From: Candidatus Thorarchaeota archaeon
Lineage (GTDB): Archaea > Asgardarchaeota > Thorarchaeia > Thorarchaeales > Thorarchaeaceae
NCBI GenBank assembly: GCA_046482545.1
Contig: JAWOEX010000028.1
Coordinates: 64,001-128,000, forward strand
DNA: 64,000 nt
Direction of reading: 5' to 3'
This document shows positions 1 to 9,046 of the stretch, piece after piece. The notes beneath the pieces were generated by a model that did no database searches, was not told where the DNA came from, and saw nothing but the letters and a program-made list of their open reading frames with translations. Every line of letters begins with the position of its first letter. Position 1 is the stretch's first letter. The position numbers and the translations under genes are program-made.

Positions 1-102
1 TTTATAATTGATTTGTATTGCCTCCATATAAAGCATATAATTGTATTCGTAATCTGTAGCTCAGATTTCAAAACAAACGTTTACAGAGAAAAATCTAGTG
101 GG

Positions 103-108
103 TTTATA
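103..108 (+). promoter_or_regulatory. Probable TATA box of the first gene, flanked by two CGTTTAC sites (78-84, 119-125)
   Basis: TTTATA about 25 nt upstream of the ORF-track start (133). Confidence 0.5.
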
Positions 109-132
109 TGTGGTTTAGCGTTTACTCGTTAA

Positions 133-432
133 TTGTCTGCCGCCGGGAGGGCTAGACAACAAATGATGATGATGAATCGGATGCTGAGACGATCTGGACT
201 ATGGAGAGTTAAGAATCAAGAAGAACCGGTCTACATGAAACATAATGTAGGAATCGGTGGTATATATGTACGAGTCGAAAAGAAGAAGGCTCGAATATCT
301 GTACCAGATCTGGATATCGATAAGGAATTTACGGGCGTAGCCCGACTTGAGGATTTTATAGAGGAACTGGATGAGAAAGCATACCAAAGGAAATGTATGA
401 TAGTAAATAGTATGCGCGGGTCTGGTTCCTAA
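133..432 (+). CDS. Small hypothetical protein (true start may be one of the ATGs at 163-172)
   Basis: ORF with charged, protein-like composition and an upstream TATA; no recognised motif. Confidence 0.65.
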   Translation: MSAAGRARQQMMMMNRMLRRSGLWRVKNQEEPVYMKHNVGIGGIYVRVEKKKARISVPDLDIDKEFTGVARLEDFIEELDEKAYQRKCMIVNSMRGSGS

Positions 433-1124
433 CTTCGGAGTTGCCGCGTAGTAACTGACCGCACCAGAATTCTGTACAAACCTGTTGCTCGAAATTGCAG
501 ATGAGTGTGGAGAACGCGGTCGGTTGCCCGCAAGAAAGCCTCGTACTGATAGAACACACAGCATGATACGCTGACAAGAGCATCATAGAGAGGATGTTCT
601 TGTTAATTCATTTCTTTCAATCTAACAAAGAAAAAACTAAGATAACCAAGGGGCCCCTTTCCGACGTAAGTCGAGAGTACTAATCCGGGCCCGACTTGAG
701 TGAAAGAATATTGTATCACCAACAGAATAGCGTCGTCAATTCATGCTATGATTGCCTTACAACTTCAGACGGTAAAGCACACAAAAAGCGACACCAAGAG
801 TAACAGAAGCTGGTCGGCGACGAGGCAGACTGACCAGTAGTCCGTAATCTGCTGCTGTCGTGTCTTAGTTCCACATAGGTAGGCAGACACATAACTACAG
901 AATGATACGTTCTATATCCGAAGGTGTTAACAAGCTTTGCGGGTTCCTCAAAAGTTCCTACCCTGGTACTCTCAAAATTCAAGTATCAGAAGTTTACGAT
1001 TATGCATGTCATTACTGTGATTGTTACAATTCTCGTCAACCAGTTGAATGATATTCGTAATAAGAGAGTCTCCCTTCGGTTCCTTTAAGTGTAGTTCCGA
1101 AATCTCGTCGAGAATTTGGATACG

Positions 1125-2357
1125 TCACTGCCAAAAGGCTATCCGTGACTTGATGTATGCCGGTAAACAACGAAGGATAGTGCTTCGAACCGCTCTTAGA
1201 CCAAGAAGCATTTCAGCAACCGTTTTAAGAGCAGTATCAGATTGCAGAAATTTGGAACTGGGTGCGCCTGATGAGGATCCCATGAATCTCCGCTGGATTC
1301 TACGACCCCATTTCAAATCTGAGCCCAGTGCCTTCTGCCATCGTGTTTCGTATGATTTTAGATTCTCTTCTGAGAAATCATTTTGGTCACAGCACTGCTT
1401 TGCCACAGCAGAAGCCAGCCTGCCGGCAATCATAGCATAGTGTATTCCTTCGCCAGAGATTGGTGAACAGTGGGCTGCAGCATCACCGGCCAGCATCAGT
1501 CTCTTTCCATAGCTAGGTCTAACAACACCAGCAAGAGGGATAAGAGCCCCTTCTCGTTTGACAATCTTAAGATGATTATGAGATTGTGGGCCGGAGGTTT
1601 CATCCCTGAGTAGACGGTCCAAGTATGTTGGTAAAGGGGTGTTTCGTTGACGAAGGATATTGAGTAATCCACCAGTACCTACAGCCGCATCACCTCCTCT
1701 TGGGAAGATCCATGCATATCCCTTCGGTGAATAACGGCTACCGAAATAGAAAGAATTGAGCTCAGGAAATTTGGTTTCTCGGTTTGTGTAACTAACTTGG
1801 TATTGAAAGGCGTACCCCATCTCATTATCCGACAGGTAGGGGCGAACACCATCATGCTTGGAAGACACAGGCCGAGATCCGCTGGCATCGATTACCAGTT
1901 CGCTTTCCATTCTTGACTTGTTGCCATTCAGGGTGTATGTTACTACACATCCCCGGTTATCACAATCAACAGAGGTTACTGTCGCGCCGAGTTTCATGTT
2001 CCCCGTAGAGGACTCGATCTTCTCTGTAAGGGCACTACCCAAATCAGCTCGGGTTGCATTGACGCCAACACAATCATCAAACCATACATTCTGAGGCCCA
2101 TATCTTGGGAATCTCAAGCGAGCGCCGTATACTTCATGTGAGCCTTGAAGATTTTCGAGCTGGAATCCCTCGAGAGCCGGCTGAGGTATGAACCCTCCAC
2201 ACACTTTGGAATCACCAGGAGCAGATTCCTTGCTTACTAACAGGTATTGGATATCGGATTCTTCCAAGTGCCTCGCAGCTGTCATGCCAGCTGGACCTGA
2301 ACCTATTACTGCTACCTGCGTTCTCTCAACCATTTTGGTTCTTGTGTTCTGTCCCAA
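1125..2357 (-). CDS. Geranylgeranyl reductase family FAD-dependent oxidoreductase (likely start ATG 2333)
   Basis: VAVIGSGPAG Rossmann motif, K-x-CGG, GYAWIFP, GDAA...PISGEGIHYA. Confidence 0.9.
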   Translation of the reverse strand: MGQNTRTKMVERTQVAVIGSGPAGMTAARHLEESDIQYLLVSKESAPGDSKVCGGFIPQPALEGFQLENLQGSHEVYGARLRFPRYGPQNVWFDDCVGVNATRADLGSALTEKIESSTGNMKLGATVTSVDCDNRGCVVTYTLNGNKSRMESELVIDASGSRPVSSKHDGVRPYLSDNEMGYAFQYQVSYTNRETKFPELNSFYFGSRYSPKGYAWIFPRGGDAAVGTGGLLNILRQRNTPLPTYLDRLLRDETSGPQSHNHLKIVKREGALIPLAGVVRPSYGKRLMLAGDAAAHCSPISGEGIHYAMIAGRLASAVAKQCCDQNDFSEENLKSYETRWQKALGSDLKWGRRIQRRFMGSSSGAPSSKFLQSDTALKTVAEMLLGLRAVRSTILRCLPAYIKSRIAFWQ

Positions 2358-2398
2358 ATCCCGCTAATAACCTTGGTCAATCTTAGTCATCAGAACGT

Positions 2399-2750
2399 GT
2401 AAACGTATGAATTTGTGACCTATCTTGAGACAGTAAAACGTTTACTTCTGATGAGCTAGTCATTTGAGAATGTAACCTAATGGAGATTCAAAGAGAATCG
2501 AACAGGCGCTGAAAACAAAGCAAATATCCCCAGTACACGAATCGGAAAAGGAGTAAACGTTTGGTCTCTGCATAACAGCAAGTAAACGTTAGCGAATGAT
2601 AATTTTAGCACCACATCTAGGGTATCTAAATCTGTGTCTGACTTGAAGATTCGTTAGTGGGCGACCCAAAGCTCACAATCATTACGAGTAAACGTTAGAT
2701 GCTAAGCTATGTGTATGATTCATCTCTCGAACAAGGTCCGGAGGTAAACG
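2399..2750. repeat. Cluster of six GTAAACG motifs in non-coding DNA
   Basis: Copies at 2399, 2553, 2582, 2688, 2744 (+) and 2439-2445 (-); near-palindrome AGTAAAACGTTTACT at 2432-2446. Confidence 0.8.
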
Positions 2751-3269
2751 ATGAGCTGGTCCCATCTAGTAATGCACTCTCGTTATGTACAGATACTGCG
2801 TGATCATAAGCAGAAAACAACATTGCTGAGCGATGAGATACCATTTTAGACACAGATAGCATATGCCGCAGATGCAAGGAGAGCTACTACCATCGACTGG
2901 TGGAGAGCTCGGAAGGCCAAAATAGAGCGCTTGCTTCACCTCTTGGTATAGCCATCGCTAGATACTTCCGACCATACTGCAATTATCAGAATACAGAACG
3001 TAGCTTTCGCCATTACTGTGTTCACACATCAGGGTATTCCGAGTTATACTTCAAATGGTCTCATAAAATAGAACGTACTTCAATATCGGCCTTTATCTCG
3101 TCCGGCGGATACTCGATCTTGCAGAAAGTAGCATCGAATACAGGGAAGGAAAACTGACAGGAGCCTCATAGAGAGTCGAGATTCCTCTTGGCAATTTGTG
3201 ATTGGTTTATACTGGGTAACGAAAGCACAGCCGTACCTACTATCATTCGTTCATAGTTGATTCTCGTGA

Positions 3270-3287
3270 AATCAAGTAAACTTGATT
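3270..3287 (-). terminator. Hairpin immediately after the stop of the 102-aa gene
   Basis: AATCAAG-taaa-CTTGATT perfect 7-bp inverted repeat. Confidence 0.35.
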
Positions 3288-3596
3288 CTAGTATACCTCG
3301 CGAGGGCTGGATTTCAGTCGATCAGGCATCCGTCCGCCTTCACCAACGATTTCCAGAGTGAACCCTTGGCCTCGACGGCCTCCATCATTGAAAAGATAAC
3401 CTGAGCGAGTTATACCCCGTGCAAGACGTTCTGCCTTTCTTTTGGTGACCATGCCTTTGTCATGAGGTACCGTTAGAGTTAGTTTCTGAGCTTGTTCGTC
3501 CAATTCAGCAAGAATAGAACTCGGATCGGGATTACTTGAAACCTCACGAAATTTTGAAGCACTCTTATCGTATTCCAGGTATAGCTTCTTGGCCAT
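3288..3596 (-). CDS. Small protein, possible divergent single gelsolin-like domain
   Basis: Pattern KLY...F-x-EV...S-x3-LD...RKAERLARGI...EIVGEG-x3-P follows the gelsolin-repeat layout; the conserved WxG is absent. Confidence 0.45.
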   Translation of the reverse strand: MAKKLYLEYDKSASKFREVSSNPDPSSILAELDEQAQKLTLTVPHDKGMVTKRKAERLARGITRSGYLFNDGGRRGQGFTLEIVGEGGRMPDRLKSSPREVY

Positions 3597-3682
3597 CTTC
3601 TTCCACCTACTATTAGTCTAGATGTTTCTTGTCAAGAGTCACATATTAATGGTTTTGGCACGAGCTCAGTAGGATGATTCAA

Positions 3683-4399
3683 TTACTTCGGGATGAGGTG
3701 AGCCGTACCACAATGCTCGCAGACGACAGCTTCTTGATCAGATTCAGGCATTGGTAAAGCAGCACCACAGTTCTGGCATCGAAGAGACTTAATTTCTGAA
3801 CGTCCTTCTGGAGGGATATCAAGCTTGAATACCTTGGTGGCAACATCTCTGATGGTTTTTCCTACACGAGATGCGGCTCGGGCTATAGCGCTGGTTTCGG
3901 TATCACTTAAAGATCCTAGCCCTACAGCCTTGAAAAGACTATCAATTGTTTTCCCCACCTTGCCAAACATTGAGCCAGCTTTCCACATGAAAGCATCTGA
4001 GGTGAATATCGCTGGAAGCTCATCATCTGGGTGACCCGGTATCTGATATCCTTTGTCCCAATGAGTTCTATCTTCTCTGACCTCAGAAAGCTCTTTACCA
4101 CACCCCGGACAGACCAGCTTCCATCCTCTCTTGAACCAGCCCAGTTTGACCTTGTCTTCTGCTTCATCATACCAGCATCTCTTATGGCCGATTCGGCCAC
4201 AGTTCGGGCACTCAAACAAATAGTACCTCTCGGGGGTTGCTTTTCTCTTTCGTCCCGAAGGCAGATTCATGTAAGCCAAATCAGAGGAAGAGTGATTGAG
4301 TAGGAACTTTCCACAAATGAAGCAAGTCTTGCCATCGTACTTTCTGAGTTCCTCAATTGGGACGCGCAATGGATGATACCCCGTTTTGAGGCCATGCAA
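3683..4399 (-). CDS. Zinc-finger protein: C4HC3 (PHD/RING-variant-like) finger plus C-terminal Zn ribbon
   Basis: CFIC...CPNC-x3-HKRC...CPGC; C-terminal CQNC...CEHC. Confidence 0.75.
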   Translation of the reverse strand: MHGLKTGYHPLRVPIEELRKYDGKTCFICGKFLLNHSSSDLAYMNLPSGRKRKATPERYYLFECPNCGRIGHKRCWYDEAEDKVKLGWFKRGWKLVCPGCGKELSEVREDRTHWDKGYQIPGHPDDELPAIFTSDAFMWKAGSMFGKVGKTIDSLFKAVGLGSLSDTETSAIARAASRVGKTIRDVATKVFKLDIPPEGRSEIKSLRCQNCGAALPMPESDQEAVVCEHCGTAHLIPK

Positions 4400-4476
4400 A
4401 TCTGCTTAAAGAATTTCTGAAAAGAGTCGGATACTTAAAGGAGTGAATCATTCCATTTCCTTGAGCGCGAATCAGA

Positions 4477-5163
4477 TTGTTTGATATTGTAGAGGAAACA
4501 GGAAGCGAGCCATCGTTGACTCCAAAGACCATCGTCTACGTGCTTGTCCATGGCGATCCTGACCCTGATAATGAAGGTCTATCATCACTTGGCAAGAATC
4601 AGATGGATGAGCTCGCTCGATCAAGGGTTACTAGTGGTGTCACCAGAATCTATACCTCACCGAAGAAGGTATGTCTTGAAACGGCAGGTGGCCTCAGACG
4701 AAATTTTGATGCCTCTATCAAGGTAAAGGAATGTCTCGAGGGGGTTTGTCTCCCCTTACTAAATCAACCTGCAGATGAGATAGCAGAAGTGCTTGCCTCT
4801 TACTGGGATGAAGGGTATACGCCAGAAGAAGGGGAATCACTGGAAAAAACTCGAATCAGAATTTCTGATTGTGTGAATGATATAGCAAGCCGGCATAGCA
4901 GTGATAGTATTGCAATTGTGGTTCCTCCGATTCTCAGCGTCTTATTATTATCACTCGTTCGAGGCGGTGAACCACGCATTGAAGATTGGGTAATGATGGG
5001 ATATTGTTCTTGCAGTACCTATCAATACTCGGAGACAGGCTGGGAATTGGTCATGCCACCTGATAATAGTTTTCTGAGTCGTAGAACCGCAGTGAAGGAC
5101 AAGTTGCCAGAAGGTGTTCTCGACCAGTTAGGAATACTTCAATTGAAAGAAGACGAACGTTAG
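4477..5163 (+). CDS. Histidine phosphatase superfamily protein (degenerate active site)
   Basis: LVHG, LSSLGKNQ, IYTSP, GESL motifs; RHG is VHG and the second His is missing. Confidence 0.75.
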   Translation: MFDIVEETGSEPSLTPKTIVYVLVHGDPDPDNEGLSSLGKNQMDELARSRVTSGVTRIYTSPKKVCLETAGGLRRNFDASIKVKECLEGVCLPLLNQPADEIAEVLASYWDEGYTPEEGESLEKTRIRISDCVNDIASRHSSDSIAIVVPPILSVLLLSLVRGGEPRIEDWVMMGYCSCSTYQYSETGWELVMPPDNSFLSRRTAVKDKLPEGVLDQLGILQLKEDER

Positions 5164-5239
5164 CTTTGTGGAAATGCAGAGCGCATACACCCCGCATTTA
5201 CCGAATTAATCATTCCACCAACCTAATTGAAGTCCTAGC

Positions 5240-5272
5240 AAAGAAAAAATAAGAGGGGCATGGAAGCCCCTT
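5240..5272 (-). terminator. Hairpin + U-tract terminator of the 1184-aa gene
   Basis: GAGGGGC/GCCCCTT stem (5253-5272) followed on the minus strand by TTATTTTTTCTTT. Confidence 0.65.
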
Positions 5273-5278
5273 CCGGTC

Positions 5279-8200
5279 TTACCTTCTTCTGAACAGCACC
5301 AACACTATCACAAATACTACTACAACACCACCTACTAGGACATAAAGCATCCCTTGCCCTTCGCCGTTAGTCCCAGGAGTTGTTGTGGTTGTAGGTGTCG
5401 TGGTGGTTTGGCTGGGGCCACCGCCTGTCTGCTGTGCATTGCTGTAAGAAACGAAGACGGGGTCACAGATAACTTCGTGTCCACCCCAATTTGCGTACCC
5501 AGCAGTCATGAATAGCATTGAGGTGTCCACCTGCCATTGTGTAACACTGTTGCCGGAGCTCGACTCATACATCAGACTGAAAGCGCCTATAGGAGCAGTC
5601 GAGGAGCCAGAGATGTATATCTCCGAATGGCCATCACCACCCCATGTGTACGGCAATCCACCCATTGAGACATTGGCGAATGGACTGTCGTCAGCACCAT
5701 ATTCGTAGTAGTCTGCACTGACACTACCTTGATTGGTGTCAGTAATTGGCTTATCACCGGCCTGATACTGGGTTCTAGTACCAGTACCTAGTACACCAAA
5801 GAAATTGACCGCAAGAGAGCGTCCTTCGAGCACATCATTATTGAATTCGTCCAGACTCCAGTTTCCGAACTCTTGGTCCACCTTGAACGAAACCGCGTGA
5901 TTCCACTTGGTCTCATCGTCCGGATTGTATTCAACCATGTCTACGTTGAACGTGATGTCAAATGCCATCTCGTCCACCGTAGCGTGAGTGATCCAGTAAT
6001 CGAAATCAGTCGAATTGAGACCAACTACGCCCTCGTAGGATTCTCTAAAGGCCCATGGCCCTCTCAGACCGTTCGAATTCTCTACTTGCAGTGGATACAT
6101 GCTGACCTCGACATCATAAATCGATATGCCAAAGGTTACCTCGGTATCAGGAGAGACAGTCACGTCACCAGTATCATTCGTGGCACCGAAAGGTCTGCGT
6201 AGCTCCGTATCATTGATGCTATCAATCAAGACCAAGTGGGTTACCTCATCAGTGACGACCTGCCCTTCCTCGATAGAGAAGTCAGGTGCGTTGTTCGGTT
6301 CCTTTGGACCTCCTCCATCTGGGTCGGTGTCATTGAAAATAAGCAATCCCGCGTATTCTGCTCGGAATGCCGCCCATGTCGAGGTAGTGGCATCAGTAGC
6401 AACTTGGAAAGATTGTTGAGTCCCCCAAGCAAACCACGATGTCTCCCATGAATTACTATCCAATCCTGTTATCTCAGAAAGGTCGATTGTCCTATTCTTC
6501 GATAACCAAGCTACCCATTCGTAGCCAGGAACAGCAATTTCCTGATCAAAATCAGCGTACATTGTATGCTGAACTTCCTGTATCTCACTGGAGCTGATTG
6601 GGGTGAAGTTGGATGCATGGTACCAGTGGAAGCTCTCATTTGCACTGAACTCCACCATCATCGTAGCTACACCGGTCCAGCTGTTAGAATGGAATTCATC
6701 ACCTGATTCACTAGGTGTGGGATCAAAATTGACACCAACCCACATGCCTTCTGTGCTGATATTCCCCTCGTCATGCCAATAGCCCGTTCGCTTCACGAAA
6801 TACTGATCATCGGTCGTGAATACGTTTCCGTCGAGGTCTATGGCACCATCATCGGTTACTGTCCACTCTGGTTCCTGCCATGTGGTCACACTGCCTATCA
6901 GCAGATGTGAAGGGCTCCAGACAATCTGATCATGTAGGTGTTGTACGTGTTCATCTGTGAAGGTCGTGTTATCCCAATCTGGAGGATCTGGATGCCATTC
7001 CCAACTCTCACCATCAGTTACATTCCACTGAACGGTGGTACGAAATCCAGAAGACACACCAGCATCTTCAATTTTCATGGAAGGAGTACTGTCCTCAAAA
7101 CGGAAATCAAAACCTACAGTCGTCAGATACTCTTCTATAGTGAATTCATGGTCCAGGACAGTCAAAGCGGTACTAGTCTGTTCGGTGCATCGGCCAACAA
7201 AAGTGTGATTCCGAGTATATACCCAGCGCGTTATACTGGAATTACTCCATGTTGTATTGGTCTTGAGATTCATGGTCATTGAATGGGTGCTTTCGTGGCG
7301 CCAGTAGTGAGTGGAATTAGAAGACCTCCCTGATGCTTGCATCCATACGGTAAGATTCTGTCTGTCCACATGGATACGTATCCCGTCGATATTCTCATGT
7401 TCGTAATCCTCGACGTAGAAACTCCCGTTTACATCACCAGCTGGCGCATGAACTAACATTGTCATATTCAATATATCCCCCTGTTGAGCCCTGCGAACAA
7501 CCACACCGTCTTTCCGCACAAAGGCTTCTATGTACATATCGCGGTAAGCCAATTGCACCGTGTTGTGATCTGCGATATCTGCACTAGCTTGCATTGGCTC
7601 CCCTTTGGAATCCAACGCGGTCCAGAAATATGGGTCAGGTTTAATGGTGCCTCCCCTCTTCAAGCTGTCCCAAGGATTCATGTCAACTATCTCAGTAAAG
7701 TAACCGGTCCAAGAAACCCATGCACCATCATGCTCAACATCACTATCTTTCAGATAGAAGAATGTCGAGACATCAGCTGTTTCGTTGATGAGCAAATCAT
7801 AGTCCACAGTCCATTGGTCTAATTGCCAGCTCCAAGTCCAACTTATGTTGTCCAAGTAGGAAAGAGCAACACAAGCTTCTGCCCCATTGTAGACATAGGT
7901 CAACATGGCGGGGATATAGGTGAAATTGTCCCACCCAGTCAGAGGGTTGTTCATATCCTTGGGCATTCCCCAATCATAGCTCCTGATATAGTTACTATTG
8001 TTGGTCAAATAGGCAAAGGGTATCTCAATTCTGCTGAAAGGTTCATTCGCCCGCATTCGGAAAGTGAAATTATCATGCGAGTCAACGTAATGGATTATTT
8101 CGCCTGCTTCATTGACGACTTCTGCGTAATAGTATTCAGGCAGAGCATACTGGCCAACGGTGACATCAACACCAAGGCCAATCGGCGGCGTCTCAAACTT

Positions 8201-8833
8201 CCCAGACTCCAACCTTGCAAGCCAAGAAGGAGATACAGTGTTTCCCTTGTCATCAACAGCTTTCATACCCGTCCAGAAAATGCCTTCCGCAACCTCATCA
8301 TTGAACTCTATCGAGAAAACTACTTGGTAATCTTCCGTGTCGTTGTAGTATGAGCTCTCGTTTCGATACAAGCCTATGAAATCACTTTGAACTGGCTCTT
8401 CACTTCCCGATTCGTAGTCCATGCTGAGAAGGCTCCACGAACCAGCGGTAACATTGTATTCGAGCACAAAGACAGGGCTCTGCTCTATGGCTTTTGAGCC
8501 CCAGAATCGCACGGTATCAAGCGTGTTACCTTCGCCCAGGAAGCTCTTGGGCATCGTGATATTCAAGAATAACCTTGTGCCATATTCGACATGAAAATCG
8601 TTCTCTTCGATGCTTGTCAGGTTATCAGCATAGCCGAGCCAAAATGTTGGCTGGGGCCCGAAGACCCATTGAGAAGACTGAGAGGTATGCTCGAAAGAGT
8701 CCGTCTCATTCACAACTTGCCAAGACACGTTCAGCTCGGGATCTCCACTTTCCTGAGCGGTGCTGTAGCTAACTCCATACGCAACACTCAGGACGATAAT
8801 TCCGAGAATCAGAAGCGTTCCTATTTTTTTCAT
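5279..8833 (-). CDS. Large secreted, C-terminally anchored cell-surface (S-layer-like) glycoprotein
   Basis: N-terminal signal peptide, many N-x-S/T sequons, acidic beta-rich body, Thr-rich linker, C-terminal TM + RRR. Confidence 0.8.
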   Translation of the reverse strand: MKKIGTLLILGIIVLSVAYGVSYSTAQESGDPELNVSWQVVNETDSFEHTSQSSQWVFGPQPTFWLGYADNLTSIEENDFHVEYGTRLFLNITMPKSFLGEGNTLDTVRFWGSKAIEQSPVFVLEYNVTAGSWSLLSMDYESGSEEPVQSDFIGLYRNESSYYNDTEDYQVVFSIEFNDEVAEGIFWTGMKAVDDKGNTVSPSWLARLESGKFETPPIGLGVDVTVGQYALPEYYYAEVVNEAGEIIHYVDSHDNFTFRMRANEPFSRIEIPFAYLTNNSNYIRSYDWGMPKDMNNPLTGWDNFTYIPAMLTYVYNGAEACVALSYLDNISWTWSWQLDQWTVDYDLLINETADVSTFFYLKDSDVEHDGAWVSWTGYFTEIVDMNPWDSLKRGGTIKPDPYFWTALDSKGEPMQASADIADHNTVQLAYRDMYIEAFVRKDGVVVRRAQQGDILNMTMLVHAPAGDVNGSFYVEDYEHENIDGIRIHVDRQNLTVWMQASGRSSNSTHYWRHESTHSMTMNLKTNTTWSNSSITRWVYTRNHTFVGRCTEQTSTALTVLDHEFTIEEYLTTVGFDFRFEDSTPSMKIEDAGVSSGFRTTVQWNVTDGESWEWHPDPPDWDNTTFTDEHVQHLHDQIVWSPSHLLIGSVTTWQEPEWTVTDDGAIDLDGNVFTTDDQYFVKRTGYWHDEGNISTEGMWVGVNFDPTPSESGDEFHSNSWTGVATMMVEFSANESFHWYHASNFTPISSSEIQEVQHTMYADFDQEIAVPGYEWVAWLSKNRTIDLSEITGLDSNSWETSWFAWGTQQSFQVATDATTSTWAAFRAEYAGLLIFNDTDPDGGGPKEPNNAPDFSIEEGQVVTDEVTHLVLIDSINDTELRRPFGATNDTGDVTVSPDTEVTFGISIYDVEVSMYPLQVENSNGLRGPWAFRESYEGVVGLNSTDFDYWITHATVDEMAFDITFNVDMVEYNPDDETKWNHAVSFKVDQEFGNWSLDEFNNDVLEGRSLAVNFFGVLGTGTRTQYQAGDKPITDTNQGSVSADYYEYGADDSPFANVSMGGLPYTWGGDGHSEIYISGSSTAPIGAFSLMYESSSGNSVTQWQVDTSMLFMTAGYANWGGHEVICDPVFVSYSNAQQTGGGPSQTTTTPTTTTTPGTNGEGQGMLYVLVGGVVVVFVIVLVLFRRR

Positions 8834-9046
8834 TGTAAATCATCCCCTCACGCAAGCAGCAATTAGTCTACTCGAATTTGGATTATATCCAGTCGTATGT
8901 CGTTAGTAATAAGGTGACTGGGGTGGTGACAATACAAGTCAGACCACATGTGGTTTGCGTGCTGTAATGCATATCTACTCATTTCTCTGGTTTTTGGTTT
9001 TAAAGGGATAATGAATGAAGGATATAGATTATTCATACATTCATTC

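Noticed and set aside
446-531. SECIS element
   Set aside because: The upstream gene has no in-frame TGA and no convincing AUGA/GA or GAA/A core is present in the stem
746-982. 78-aa minus-strand ORF
   Set aside because: No recognisable features; overlaps predicted + strand RNA structure
2654-2666. 13-mer TTAGTGGGCGACC also present at 27092-27104
   Set aside because: Tens of chance 13-mer matches are expected in 64 kb; no longer homology
2399-2750. CRISPR array
   Set aside because: The repeated unit is only 7-12 bp with irregular spacing and mixed orientation; no cas genes
2900-3157. 85-aa ORF in the intergenic gap
   Set aside because: GTG start, no motif, atypical composition; cannot be supported as a gene
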